Positions 50,830 through 60,077 of a stretch of 64,000 bases of DNA are shown here, one piece after another (the stretch's first letter is position 1; each line of letters starts with the position of its first letter). Made by a program: the position numbers and the translations under genes. The DNA lies in the NCBI GenBank assembly GCA_965237415.1, contig CBDEFM010000002.1:3360001-3424000 (forward strand). The letters are read 5' to 3'. The notes under the pieces are model-generated. The model made no database searches, was not told where the DNA came from, and was given only the letters and a program-made list of their open reading frames with translations. The stretch comes from Alphaproteobacteria bacterium. Its GTDB lineage: Bacteria; Pseudomonadota; Alphaproteobacteria; UBA828.

Positions 50830-52231
50830 ATGAACACTTTCTATTTCATGGACGAGGAGAGCGAAGAACGCCTCGAGGAGATCGAACCGTACCTGGCGGA
50901 CTGCATTGTGGCCGTGAAGGAGGGCCGGGCGAGCCCGGAGGAAGAGCCATACTTCTCGCTGATGCAGGAGGTGCATCGCGACGGATTGAGGATCGAGTGC
51001 GGATGCCGGCCGGACATGCCAAGGAGTCCCCCCCCCTCGGACCCCGCCGGACGCGGCCGAGGCGGATATTCGTCGTCAACCTGCCCAGGCAGGACGTGGC
51101 TCATGCCGTGGACTGCGTGTTTCGCGTGGACGAGCCCGATGCGCCTCCCATCGTTCACAGCGACGTCTTCAACCTCTCCTCCCGCGCGGATGCCGACCAC
51201 GGCGACACCGATCCGGACTCCCCCGTCCACAGGAAGAGCCGGGGTCTGTCGCAGGGCCAGCCGCCCCGGACGATGCGGAACGTTCTGTGGAAGCTGATGC
51301 ACACCGCACGGCTGCACACGCTCGCAGTCGCGGACGGGTTTTCCTCGTCGAGGGGATGGCTCCCGGCAATCGAGAAAGCCGCGGAGCAATTCTACCACCC
51401 GCCGACAGTCCAGGCGTCGGAGTTCCTGTTCACCGACCCCAAGAGCTGGAACTCGGGCGAAGTCGGGAGACGGCTGGACGCCGCCGGGCGGGACTGTCCC
51501 GAGTTCGAAAAACCCTTCGCCCTTCTCTGCTGGCCCGCCCGCGACGTGAGCGAATACGAGGTCAACGGCAGGAACAGGGAGCTGGGTCACGTGAAGGTGC
51601 GCACCCCGGTGGTCCGTCCGATCATCGGCGATAAACCGGTACGCGGGCCGTACCTGCTCCTCGGAGCCGTGGCACGATCGGAGGGCGGCAAGCGGTGGGA
51701 ATGCCTGAAGGCCTGTGCGCAACCGATCGTCGCCCCCGAATGCCCGATCCCGGTCGATTCAGACTACGAGCGGAGGGCTCTCGGATCCCTCCGCTCCCTG
51801 GTCCCGAATCTTGAGAAGAGTGAGAAACTGAAAAAGGCGCTCGGCGGCGCCGTTCGGGTCGAGCTCGAGAAGCCCTTGACCCGGACGGAAGTCGCCGGCG
51901 GCCCCTGCCTGCCGGACTTCCTGATCACCGTCACCCGCCCGAAGGCCTACAGCCACCTCCCCGAGGGTCCCGGTCATCCCAAACACCACGGCCGGTTCAA
52001 TCCCCGCGACAGGGCGCGCTATGTCGTCGAGGTGATGGGATTCAAAGACCAGGGCTACGAAATGGACAAGGAAAAAACACACCCCGGATGGAGCGGATCG
52101 GCCGGCTCTTCCCCATGGAAGGACACCAGTTCGATTCGGCTGACAAACCCCTGAGGCGGCAACGCGAAACGATCACGGCGGATATCGAAGAGGACCTTCT
52201 CGAGCGGTGGAAGGCGTCAGAGTCGATATAG
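50830..52231 (+). pseudogene. DUF1173-like protein (CxC...H..C plus C-terminal PD-(D/E)xK-like motif), two frameshifts
   Basis: IECGC...NLP...HAVDC, PIPVDSDYER, LPDF...VEVMG...Y..K; frame changes at the C9 run 51028-51036 and near 52075. Confidence 0.6.
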
Positions 52232-52471
52232 AACTGCGCATGTCCGATGACGTCGGGCAGGTGGGCCATGTCGATCAGCGAGGAGTGTCGTCTTGATGCC
52301 TGGCATCGGCGGCTGTTGTCAAGCGCGCCTTGTTGACCCCCCGCAATCATGCAAGATCAACGGGTTACCGCGCCGATCGGCACCGAACCCGTGCGCCGGT
52401 CGACACACTACTGCTTGGACCACTCCCGGAACCATCCTACAGTTCCGCCGAGGATCACTGCGGGTACGACC

Positions 52472-52708
52472 ATGTCAGACATAGCCACCCTATCATCCAA
52501 GTATCAAATCTCGATCCCCAAGAGAGTCCGCGAATCTCGCAACTGGAAACCCGGCCAGAAATTCGCGTTCATTCCCGAAGGATCGGGCGTCCTGCTCATA
52601 CCGGTTCCCAAAATCGAAGACCTCCGCGGCATAGCCAAAGGCGCCACAATCACCAACTACCGTGATCGCAAGGGGAATTATATAGCTGACTATGCGCTGG
52701 CCATCTAG
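52472..52708 (+). CDS. AbrB/MazE/SpoVT-family antitoxin-like protein, no cognate toxin downstream
   Basis: ATLSSKYQISIPKRVRE...WKPGQKFAF. Confidence 0.85.
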   Translation: MSDIATLSSKYQISIPKRVRESRNWKPGQKFAFIPEGSGVLLIPVPKIEDLRGIAKGATITNYRDRKGNYIADYALAI

Positions 52709-52860
52709 GCTGGCGCCTCGACCTCGCCTTCCGGCTTCAACCGAAACAGCGCCTGAGCGATCTCTTCCGGGGTCGCGTCGATGGGCGGGAGCGTGACGTT
52801 GGACGAGGGTTTTTCGGTTTTTTTGGATCCGTCAGGGCTGCGGGGCGGCTTTTCAGGCAT
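52705..52860 (-). CDS. small hypothetical peptide (51 aa)
   Basis: MPEKPPRSPDG...LPPIDATPEEIAQALFRLKP; not in ORF track. Confidence 0.35.
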   Translation of the reverse strand: MPEKPPRSPDGSKKTEKPSSNVTLPPIDATPEEIAQALFRLKPEGEVEAPA

Positions 52861-53056
52861 GGCTCACCATCGGTGGTAGGCATATTCTTTTCTGACCGCA
52901 GGATTTGGTATATATCCAGAATGCTACGGTGATTCATAGCGGCCCCAGAAATGCCGAAGGCCGGGTGGCAGCCCGGCCGACAGCTTACAGGGGTTCGGTG
53001 TAGCTCTGGAGGGCGCACCGAACGGATTTCGTGTGAACGCGGTGAATATCGCCGAA

Positions 53057-53222
53057 AGGCTTATCCCCTTGCTTCCGGTTCGTCTAGATATTGACCTACG
53101 CAATGCAACGGTTTCAGCCGGCGGACTCAGAAAATCACAGCGCAGCCCGTGCCTTATCCGGGCCTTCCAGCAGTGGGAAGGCACGCAACATCATGCGCTC
53201 CCGGAGCCAAGGGGATAAGCCT
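53057..53222. mobile_element. 166-bp MITE
   Basis: 22-bp TIRs AGGCTTATCCCCTTGCTTCCGG / CCGGAGCCAAGGGGATAAGCCT flanked by direct repeat TATCGCCGAA (53047-53056, 53223-53232). Confidence 0.85.
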
Positions 53223-53314
53223 TATCGCCGAATCCCGCGAACCGGTCAAGTGTGCCCTCCGCAGATGTCGCCAGCACATGATGTGTCCGGTTTGGTCTCT
53301 CCGTGGGGAGGGAC

Positions 53315-55205
53315 TGCGGCGCGACGATCAAGATGAGACTCCGTATTGCCTCATTCTTGGATGTTCCCGAGCTTCGAGGTGCTTGCCTCACGTCGATGTT
53401 CCCCAAGGTCACGGCTTCGCTTCACTTGTCACGGCTGTGTCCCCAGGCGTGGTGCTGGAGTTCTGGCAGCGTCGGCAGCTGTGGGTAACCGGCTTGCCGC
53501 AGCGACCTCCATGAGTCTGGCGGCGGCGAGCCGGTTATCCACAGCGGTGGCCAAGGCAAGATCGGCCTTGTCGGCTGGTGCCGGTACCACGGTGTCGGAT
53601 TGGCTCGCTCCAAACACCAGGTCGTGGGCTTGCTCCTGGCGCCAGACCTGCACGCGGCGTTGCAGCGTACGCAGAAGATTGTCGGGATAACGGTCGGGAT
53701 GCTTTGCCTGTAGTTGTTCGAGCAGTTGACGGCTCGTTCGCCACGGCTCGGCTTCGAACCATTCCCGCAACTGCTCGGTGACGTCAGCCAGGGGATCGGG
53801 CCTGCGGCGGCCCCGTTTCGGCTTTGCAGCGGGCCGCGCCGTCGGCCGCACATCACCATCCTTCCATGCCGTTCGCAGCCCGGCGAGAAACTCGTCGATC
53901 GGCGGCACACCGGCCGGCGCCGATTGAACCGCCACGGGCCGGTCGGCAAGATCGACCAGACGCTGTTGCGCCCGTCTCATATCCCTCAACAGGCGGATCG
54001 GATCCAGGGTCGCGAACGGCGCGCTCACTTCGTCGCGAACGCTTTGCGGTGTGCGCTGATCCGCGAGCAGGCGTTGAAAGGGCGTTGCCGGAGGATGGTA
54101 GCGTTTACACACGTGGGCGCCGTCGCGCGTCTTGCTGGCGAGCTTGAATGAGGGCTGGAAGAAATTCACGAACAATCTCACTGTGGCGTAAAGCTGCGAC
54201 AGTGCAGCCACGGCCTCCGGGCCCTCCAGGCGGCGATAGCCCACGATGCGGCGAACGATCGCGCCGTTCTTCTGCTCGACAAAGGCCTGATCGTTCTTGC
54301 GCCAGGGGCGGCAACGCGTGAACTCGATGCCGGCGTCGCGGCAATAGTCCCGCACCGTTTCGTTCATGAACACGCTGTCATTGTCGGTGTCGAACCCGAG
54401 CAGGTCGAACGGCAGGAGCCTGCGGACGGCCGTCAAGACCGCGCTCACGAGCGTGCGCTCGCGGAACAGCAAGGGAGCGCACTCCGTCCATCCCGTGGCG
54501 ATATCGGTGAGTACCAGCGTCTGGACAAAGCTCCCGCGCGTCACCGGGCCGCTGTGAGCCACCAGATCGGCCTCGGCGAACCCTGGCGGCGGATCCTGCC
54601 AGTCAGCATAGGTGCGCACCGGAATACTCCGCCGCACCGATGACGATGCGAGCGAAGATCTTCGGCGCCGCCCGCCGGCCTGCTCTCGTATGCTGCGAAG
54701 TGACCGGTCGATCGTCGCCGCACTCATGGTCAGCAAGCGGCATCGGACATCGTCGGCGAGCTCAAGATGACCATGCCGTTCCATGGCTTCGACGAGAGTG
54801 GGAAGCAGCGGCTTCAGGCGCTTCCCGCAAATGCGGTCCGACGCTTCCCACAACACAACCAGTGCCTCGCGCACCGCATCGTCGTAAAGCCGCCGGCCAG
54901 CTCGCAAGGCTGCCGCTGGGCGCGACGACGAGCCGCCTCGCAGCAATCGCATCACGTGCTTCCGGTGATAGCCCGTCACCGCCACGAATTCATCCAGAAT
55001 GCGCGTCTTCTCCTCGCGTCCGCTCTCGCCATACCGCCGTGACAGCGCTGCCACAAGTTCATCCCGTGTCGCCATGCTCACCCTCCTCATACCCAAAGCC
55101 CCCGATCCATTCCCCTCGGGAGCATTTCAGATGAGGCAACGAGTCGCTCAAAAGGAGCAAATCAGGCGAGGCAATGCGGGCTCTCATCCAGATCGTCGCG
55201 CTATA
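53315..55205 (-). mobile_element. nested element: IS21-type outer ends enclosing an IS with its own inner IRs
   Basis: left 27 bp identical to 7283-7309; right end CTCTCATCCAGATCGTCGCGCTATA is its imperfect inverse; flanks AGGGAC/CGGGAC; inner IRs about 53337-53371 and 55115-55145. Confidence 0.75.
53429..55090 (-). CDS. DDE (rve-type) transposase, ISNCY-like, with C-terminal IstA-like HTH
   Basis: ILDEFVAVTGYHRKH N-terminus; EADLVAH, DTDND, DQAFVEQKN catalytic region; GRRRPDPL...RTLQRRV..WR C-terminal domain. Confidence 0.85.
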   Translation of the reverse strand: MRRVSMATRDELVAALSRRYGESGREEKTRILDEFVAVTGYHRKHVMRLLRGGSSSRPAAALRAGRRLYDDAVREALVVLWEASDRICGKRLKPLLPTLVEAMERHGHLELADDVRCRLLTMSAATIDRSLRSIREQAGGRRRRSSLASSSVRRSIPVRTYADWQDPPPGFAEADLVAHSGPVTRGSFVQTLVLTDIATGWTECAPLLFRERTLVSAVLTAVRRLLPFDLLGFDTDNDSVFMNETVRDYCRDAGIEFTRCRPWRKNDQAFVEQKNGAIVRRIVGYRRLEGPEAVAALSQLYATVRLFVNFFQPSFKLASKTRDGAHVCKRYHPPATPFQRLLADQRTPQSVRDEVSAPFATLDPIRLLRDMRRAQQRLVDLADRPVAVQSAPAGVPPIDEFLAGLRTAWKDGDVRPTARPAAKPKRGRRRPDPLADVTEQLREWFEAEPWRTSRQLLEQLQAKHPDRYPDNLLRTLQRRVQVWRQEQAHDLVFGASQSDTVVPAPADKADLALATAVDNRLAAARLMEVAAASRLPTAADAARTPAPRLGTQP

Positions 55206-55339
55206 CGGGACCGCGATGAGCCGGACGACGTTGCTACAGGAACGCAGGATGCAGACGTTTCAGAATGTGCTGGGGCACTGGCAGGCACGACGCCTGTGTT
55301 AACGGCGGAGGAATAATGCTCCACGCGGAGCGACCGGAC

Positions 55340-55425
55340 GGTCCGGTCGCCGGCACTCGCTCGAAAAACTCAGCGAAGACAGCCTCGTCCGTCACTTCGC
55401 TATCGATTATTACATACCCTGCCAT
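55340..55425 (-). pseudogene. DUF1330-family N-terminal fragment
   Basis: MAGYVIIDSEVTDEAVFAEFFERVPAT. Confidence 0.55.
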
Positions 55426-55749
55426 TTGTTCCCGTCTCCTTCCGCATGTCTTGCGCCCGCGCCTCGACCTACAGCTCGAGCAGGTTCCCGATGACGCGGT
55501 CTATGTGACTCACCGCATCGGGCGCGACGCCGAGGCCGGCGGGCTCCCACGGCACCTCGACCGCCGCCGCCACGTCGAGCCATCCACCATCGCGCACCAT
55601 TCAGGTGGTATGTCATTGGAAATGCAAGCGCAGTCTGCGTTTCCGGCACACCACCCGATGCAGGCCGCCCAAGGCCACCGAACAGATTCGGGCCAACGGA
55701 GTATCAGGCTGCTTTCCGGGGTCGCAGCAGTGCCTCTCCCGCTGTCCGG

Positions 55750-57495
55750 CTACTGGCGCGAGCCCTCGACCTGCACGGTAACGATGTCTATGCCGTGATA
55801 TTTCCGGTGGCGCACGGACGAGGCGTAATGGCGCAGCAGGCGGAAGGATATCTCGTGTTCATCCGGGACCTCGGCTTGGTCGCTGAGGTATGCCAGCCGA
55901 TCTTCGATGTTCTCCTTCTCGAAGACTGCCAGGAACTCCATCTCCACTGTCCCGCCGCGGGGACGAGCAATTACGATCAAGCGCGACGCGTTATCAGCCG
56001 CGTAGTCGCCAGCTGGTTGCAACAGACTCAATAGCGTCTCCTCACCGGCGGCACGCAGCCGCTCCGTCGAAGAAACGTTCCAACCGATCTTGGATGCAAG
56101 TTCGAGGAGAAACGCGTCTATCTTGGGCATAACGGAGATGTCCAGCTCAACTTCCAAGCGTGTACGCCGCGGGCTGCTCAGCTCCATGAACCAGGTCATC
56201 AGAATCGTAGCCAGAACGCCGGCCGTCATGCCGTTGCCGAGTACCGCGCTCCATGTCCCGTCCAACAGGTCTGCGAAGATATTCTGATTCTCCAAGCCCA
56301 CGCCGATGGAGAGCGCCACTCCTGCCACCACGGCCTTTCGATGATCGAGGCCGTCCTGCACGACCATCCGCATGCCCTCCACGAAGAGTAGCCCCATTGC
56401 CGTCAATACGAAGACCCCCATGACAGGGCTGGGAACCGTGAGCATGATGGCCGTTAACTTGGGCATGAACGCCAGCCCGACCAAGATGATCCCTATGGCG
56501 TATCCAACACTGCGCGCGGCGACCCCGGTGAGGCTGATGAGAGTCACGCTGATCGGCGAATAGATGATGGTGGGTGGCGTCCCTGCAATTCCGCACAGCA
56601 GAATGCCCACGCCGTTGGTGTTGAGTGCGCCCTGGATTATGCGAAAATCGATCGCCCGCGGTCGGCGCCGCGAAATCTGTTGAATGACGATACCGTCGCC
56701 GCTGGTCCTGACGGCGACCACGAGAGTCACAATCACGAAGGTCGGCAGAAGCGCCCAGAACTCCGCACCCGGTGTCAGGTCCAAACCCGGCCATGCCGCG
56801 ATATCCGGCAGATCAATCCAGGGCGCTTCGATCACTCTCTGAACATCGTATAGTCCGAAGACTGCGGCGACCGCACAACCCGCCGCGATTCCGATGAGCG
56901 GCGACCACAGCCGCCAGATCCCTGAAGCCCGCAACGCCAGTACGGTGACGGCGGCCAACGTCACTGCGGCCACGGAGATACCCGCAGCCGGCAGCGCGCC
57001 CGCGGGTACCTCCATTACACGGCCGACCGCGATCGGCATGACCGTGACTGCTATCAGCATGAGCGACATGCCGGAAACCAGCGGCGTGATGATCCGGCGT
57101 AACAACGGGAGCCAAGCAGTCAGCGCGAACTGAAACAGCGACGAAACGACGATGAGGCTCGCCAGCATGGAAAGCCCGCCCTCCGTCAGCGCCACGACCG
57201 AGACTGCTATGAAAGGGGCCCCGGTGCCCGTCGTGAGCACGTGCCCGGCTCCCAGCCGCCCGAACCGACCCGCCTGCAGAGCGGTAACAGCTCCACCGAT
57301 TATCAGCGCCGCGAAGACGGCCCACGACAGGTAGCTCTCGCTCTGATCGGCCGCCCGGACAGTAATGGTTACTATAAATACCGTGCTTGCCAGGGTGAGC
57401 ATGGCACCCTCAAGGGCGACGCCGAGCGTCACGAGAGGTGGGCACCGCTCGTCCGGCTGATAGCGGATATTCTCGTTTACGTGGGCCGCGGCCAA
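55750..57495 (-). CDS. NCS2 (xanthine/uracil) permease-like protein with C-terminal soluble domain
   Basis: YQPDERCP, many TM helices, LTGVAARSVG, PSPVMG; about 140-aa soluble tail. Confidence 0.8.
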   Translation of the reverse strand: MAAAHVNENIRYQPDERCPPLVTLGVALEGAMLTLASTVFIVTITVRAADQSESYLSWAVFAALIIGGAVTALQAGRFGRLGAGHVLTTGTGAPFIAVSVVALTEGGLSMLASLIVVSSLFQFALTAWLPLLRRIITPLVSGMSLMLIAVTVMPIAVGRVMEVPAGALPAAGISVAAVTLAAVTVLALRASGIWRLWSPLIGIAAGCAVAAVFGLYDVQRVIEAPWIDLPDIAAWPGLDLTPGAEFWALLPTFVIVTLVVAVRTSGDGIVIQQISRRRPRAIDFRIIQGALNTNGVGILLCGIAGTPPTIIYSPISVTLISLTGVAARSVGYAIGIILVGLAFMPKLTAIMLTVPSPVMGVFVLTAMGLLFVEGMRMVVQDGLDHRKAVVAGVALSIGVGLENQNIFADLLDGTWSAVLGNGMTAGVLATILMTWFMELSSPRRTRLEVELDISVMPKIDAFLLELASKIGWNVSSTERLRAAGEETLLSLLQPAGDYAADNASRLIVIARPRGGTVEMEFLAVFEKENIEDRLAYLSDQAEVPDEHEISFRLLRHYASSVRHRKYHGIDIVTVQVEGSRQ

Positions 57496-57642
57496 CAGTC
57501 ACACCCCATCTAGTCACTTGAATCTAAAGTGCGCCACATAAAGACAACTATATTGCACGACCACATTCTTCGACAATAGAGCGACTTAGTGTGACGACAC
57601 TGCCAATTGATAATGATCTCAACTTCAGTGTCAGGTGACTAG

Positions 57643-57790
57643 CCCGGAAACATCACTACGGGTGGCGCATGGGGCCGGGATCTCAGGTATTAGGTGGGTG
57701 ATTCCAAACACTTACTTGCCCAGAGGGACCGTCCCCATGCAAACAGACTGTACCGCGAAGCACTTGTCATTTGAAGGCACCGGACGTCGG
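57643..57790 (+). mobile_element. IS1380-like left end and first codons of transposase
   Basis: MQTDCTAKHLSFEGTGRR from 57737 resembles IS1380 N-termini. Confidence 0.5.
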
Positions 57791-57895
57791 ACTGCGATGG
57801 GTCGTTTCGGCGCGCCGTTGCGGACGGCGGCCATGGAACGCCCGACGAGCTTGGTCCATGCCTCATGGTGGAGACCGAGGCGGGCGTTCAGCTTG

Positions 57896-57927
57896 TCGCA
57901 GCTATGGAGAGTTCTCCATAGCTGCGA
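57896..57927. repeat. perfect 15-bp-arm palindrome
   Basis: TCGCAGCTATGGAGA-GT-TCTCCATAGCTGCGA. Confidence 0.85.
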
Positions 57928-58019
57928 TTGAACTGAGCCGCGTTCCGAAGCGGGGTGCCTTGCCCGCCGGTTGCTCAGAGTGATTTCCCTACCGTAGGCA
58001 AGTTGAGTGGGATCGTCCG

Positions 58020-58232
58020 CCTCACCACCACTCTCGCGACGAAGGGTTTCAACAGGCGGACGATAGCCGCAGTGTTGCCCGTCGCCTCGAGAACGACTTC
58101 ATCATCCGATCTGAGGCCGCGGCCGAACTTGACGACAGCGTCATGCTCCAGGTCCAGGCGCTTTTCCTTGACGATCTCGGTTCCCTCCAGCACCTGTCGA
58201 TGACGGTCCAAAAGTGCGCCTATTCGCTGCAT
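58020..58232 (-). pseudogene. IS110-family transposase N-terminal (RuvC-like) fragment
   Basis: DDEVVLEATGNTAAIVRLLKPFVARVVV. Confidence 0.7.
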
Positions 58233-58335
58233 TCAGCACGTGAGTGCGGTGACGATGTAGCAGCTTGTTTGGCGGGTGGAAGCGTGCCTCGTCGGAGCTG
58301 TGGATAGGCGGCTTGTCGCAGCGACCGCCCTCGTC

Positions 58336-58605
58336 TATGGACGCCCCCGGTAATGCAAGCTTTTCTTTGAACGGCACGGTGCATGCGGTCAGGTGCTGTC
58401 GTCTATCCGGCCTGTTGATGCGGCATTTCGATCGCCGCTGGCCCGTATGGAGATACGCGAACCGGGTCCAAAATCGAGTCTGCGAGCTTGAACGCTCTCA
58501 GGACGGTGCTGGTTTTCCCGATCCGGTCTCATTGACCGTATGCCCTCCTTACCTGTCCTCCGACCTGCCCACATCCCCGACGGCTTCCCGCGATTGTCCG
58601 CCCTG
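58336..58605 (-). ncRNA. IS1111-type right non-coding end (putative bridge/seek RNA locus)
   Basis: about 270-nt non-coding region after the IS110 transposase stop, ending CTTGCATTACCGGGGGCGTCCATA, typical of IS1111-group right ends. Confidence 0.55.
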
Positions 58606-59088
58606 TCAGGCGGTTGCGGGAACCCGATAGATCTCCTTCTTCGCCGTCACCGCCCAGGCGACGCGCGCCATTTTGTTGGCCAGCGCAACCGCGACGAGCA
58701 TCTTCGGCTTGCGCGCCAGCATTTCGGCCAGCCAAGGATCCCTCGTCTCGCCACCACGGCGCTCCGCCGCTTGGATTACAGACATGGCACCCGTGATCAA
58801 GAGCCGCCTGAGATCGCGCTGGCCCATCTTCGATACCTTGCCAAGCCTTGGCTTGCCGCCAGTCGTATGCTGTCGCGGCACGAGGCCTAGCCAGGCGGCG
58901 AAGTCGCGCCCGCGCCTGAAGCTCTCCATCGGTGGGGCGAAAGCCTGTACTGCCATGGCCGTGATCGGCCCGATGCCCGGGATCGTCATGAGCCGTGCCG
59001 CCTCTTCGTCCTGGCGTGCGCAAACGCGGAGCTCCTTCTCCAAATCGTAGATCTTCGCATCGAGGTCTGAGACCTGACCGAGCAGTAG
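58606..59088 (-). pseudogene. IS110/IS1111 transposase C-terminal fragment
   Basis: LMTIPGIGPITA, FRRGRDFAAWLGLVP, SKMGQRDLRRLL, VALANKMAR. Confidence 0.88.
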
Positions 59089-59089
59089 G

Positions 59090-59358
59090 TCATCGTCGCC
59101 GCCCTACTGCGCCTCCTCGACGGGTACGGCGCCGCCGAGCTCGAGGCGGGCATCGACGAGGCCCTGAAGCGCGGCGTCCCCCATCCGAACGCCGTGCGCC
59201 TGAGCCTGGCCCGGCGGCGCGAACTGCGAGACGAGCCCCCGCCCATCCCCGTCGACCTGCCCAAGCATCCACGCCTGCGCGATATCGCGGTGCGCGACCA
59301 CGATCTCGGCGGATACGACGGACTGGCCGGTGAGCCCGAAGAGGACAGCGAAGAATGA
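59090..59358 (+). pseudogene. IS21 IstA C-terminal fragment
   Basis: LLRLLDGYGAAELEAGIDEAL...HPNAVR...VRDHDLGGYD. Confidence 0.6.
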
Positions 59359-59359
59359 C

Positions 59360-59586
59360 CGACACCGTACCGTGCGATCCAAGGGATGCCTCTCCAACAA
59401 GACGGCGCTCGCCATGGTCTTCAAACTCGCCCAGGCGGCACAGAACAGTTGGCGCCGCCTCGACGGACACAACCAGTTGCCCAAGCTGATCGTCGGCGTA
59501 AAGTTCATCGACGGAATCGAAGCCGTCAGGCAACAACCTCAAGCCGCCGCCTGACCCAAACCGTCACCAAGATTCGGCTATAGCTC
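59360..59586 (+). mobile_element. IS256-family transposase C-terminal fragment and right end
   Basis: HRTVRSKGCLS.KTALAMVFKL...WRRLDG...LPKLI.GVKF.DG. Confidence 0.8.
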
Positions 59587-59597
59587 CCATGGCGCTC

Positions 59598-59781
59598 ATT
59601 CGAGGCCGTCGAGCTCGCTACTCTGGAATGGGTCGATTGGTTCAACAACCGGCGGCTCCTGGAGCCCATCGGAAACATCCCGCCGGCCGAAGCCGAGGAA
59701 CGCCACTACGCCATGCTGCAGCAGTCAGACATGGCGGCGTGACTCAAACAAAATGGCCTCCGCCAAACCCGGCGCGGTTCA
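59598..59781 (+). mobile_element. IS3-family orfB C-terminal fragment and right IR
   Basis: EAVELATLEWVDWFNNRRLLEPIGNIPPAEAE; ends ...CCCGGCGCGGTTCA. Confidence 0.85.
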
Positions 59782-60040
59782 GTCCAGGCAGTAGGGGCCC
59801 AAGAATGCCGTCGAACTGTCTACAAAACCGGTGCCCTCATTTGAACAGATTTTCCTGTTTGCCTGCGCGCGGGTTTGACGCTGATCGGCTCGCGAACCCG
59901 TTGATTTTCCGTGAGAAATAGGGGTCATAGCTTCACGCCGAATCACATCTGTTATTAAGCATGCGACTTTGACCCCTCAGAATTTCGCTTTCCCAATAGG
60001 TTACAGTGCCGATCGGCGTCGAGCCCACTAGCCGAACAAC

Positions 60041-60077
60041 AGCGTTCGGAGGATTTGAACCTACGACCCTCAGCTTA
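60041..60077 (-). other. tRNA 3'-half-like att remnant at the integrase stop codon
   Basis: minus strand TAAGCTGAGGGTCGTAGGTTCAAATCCTCCGAACGCT has a variable loop and T-arm (GGTTCAAATCC). Confidence 0.55.
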
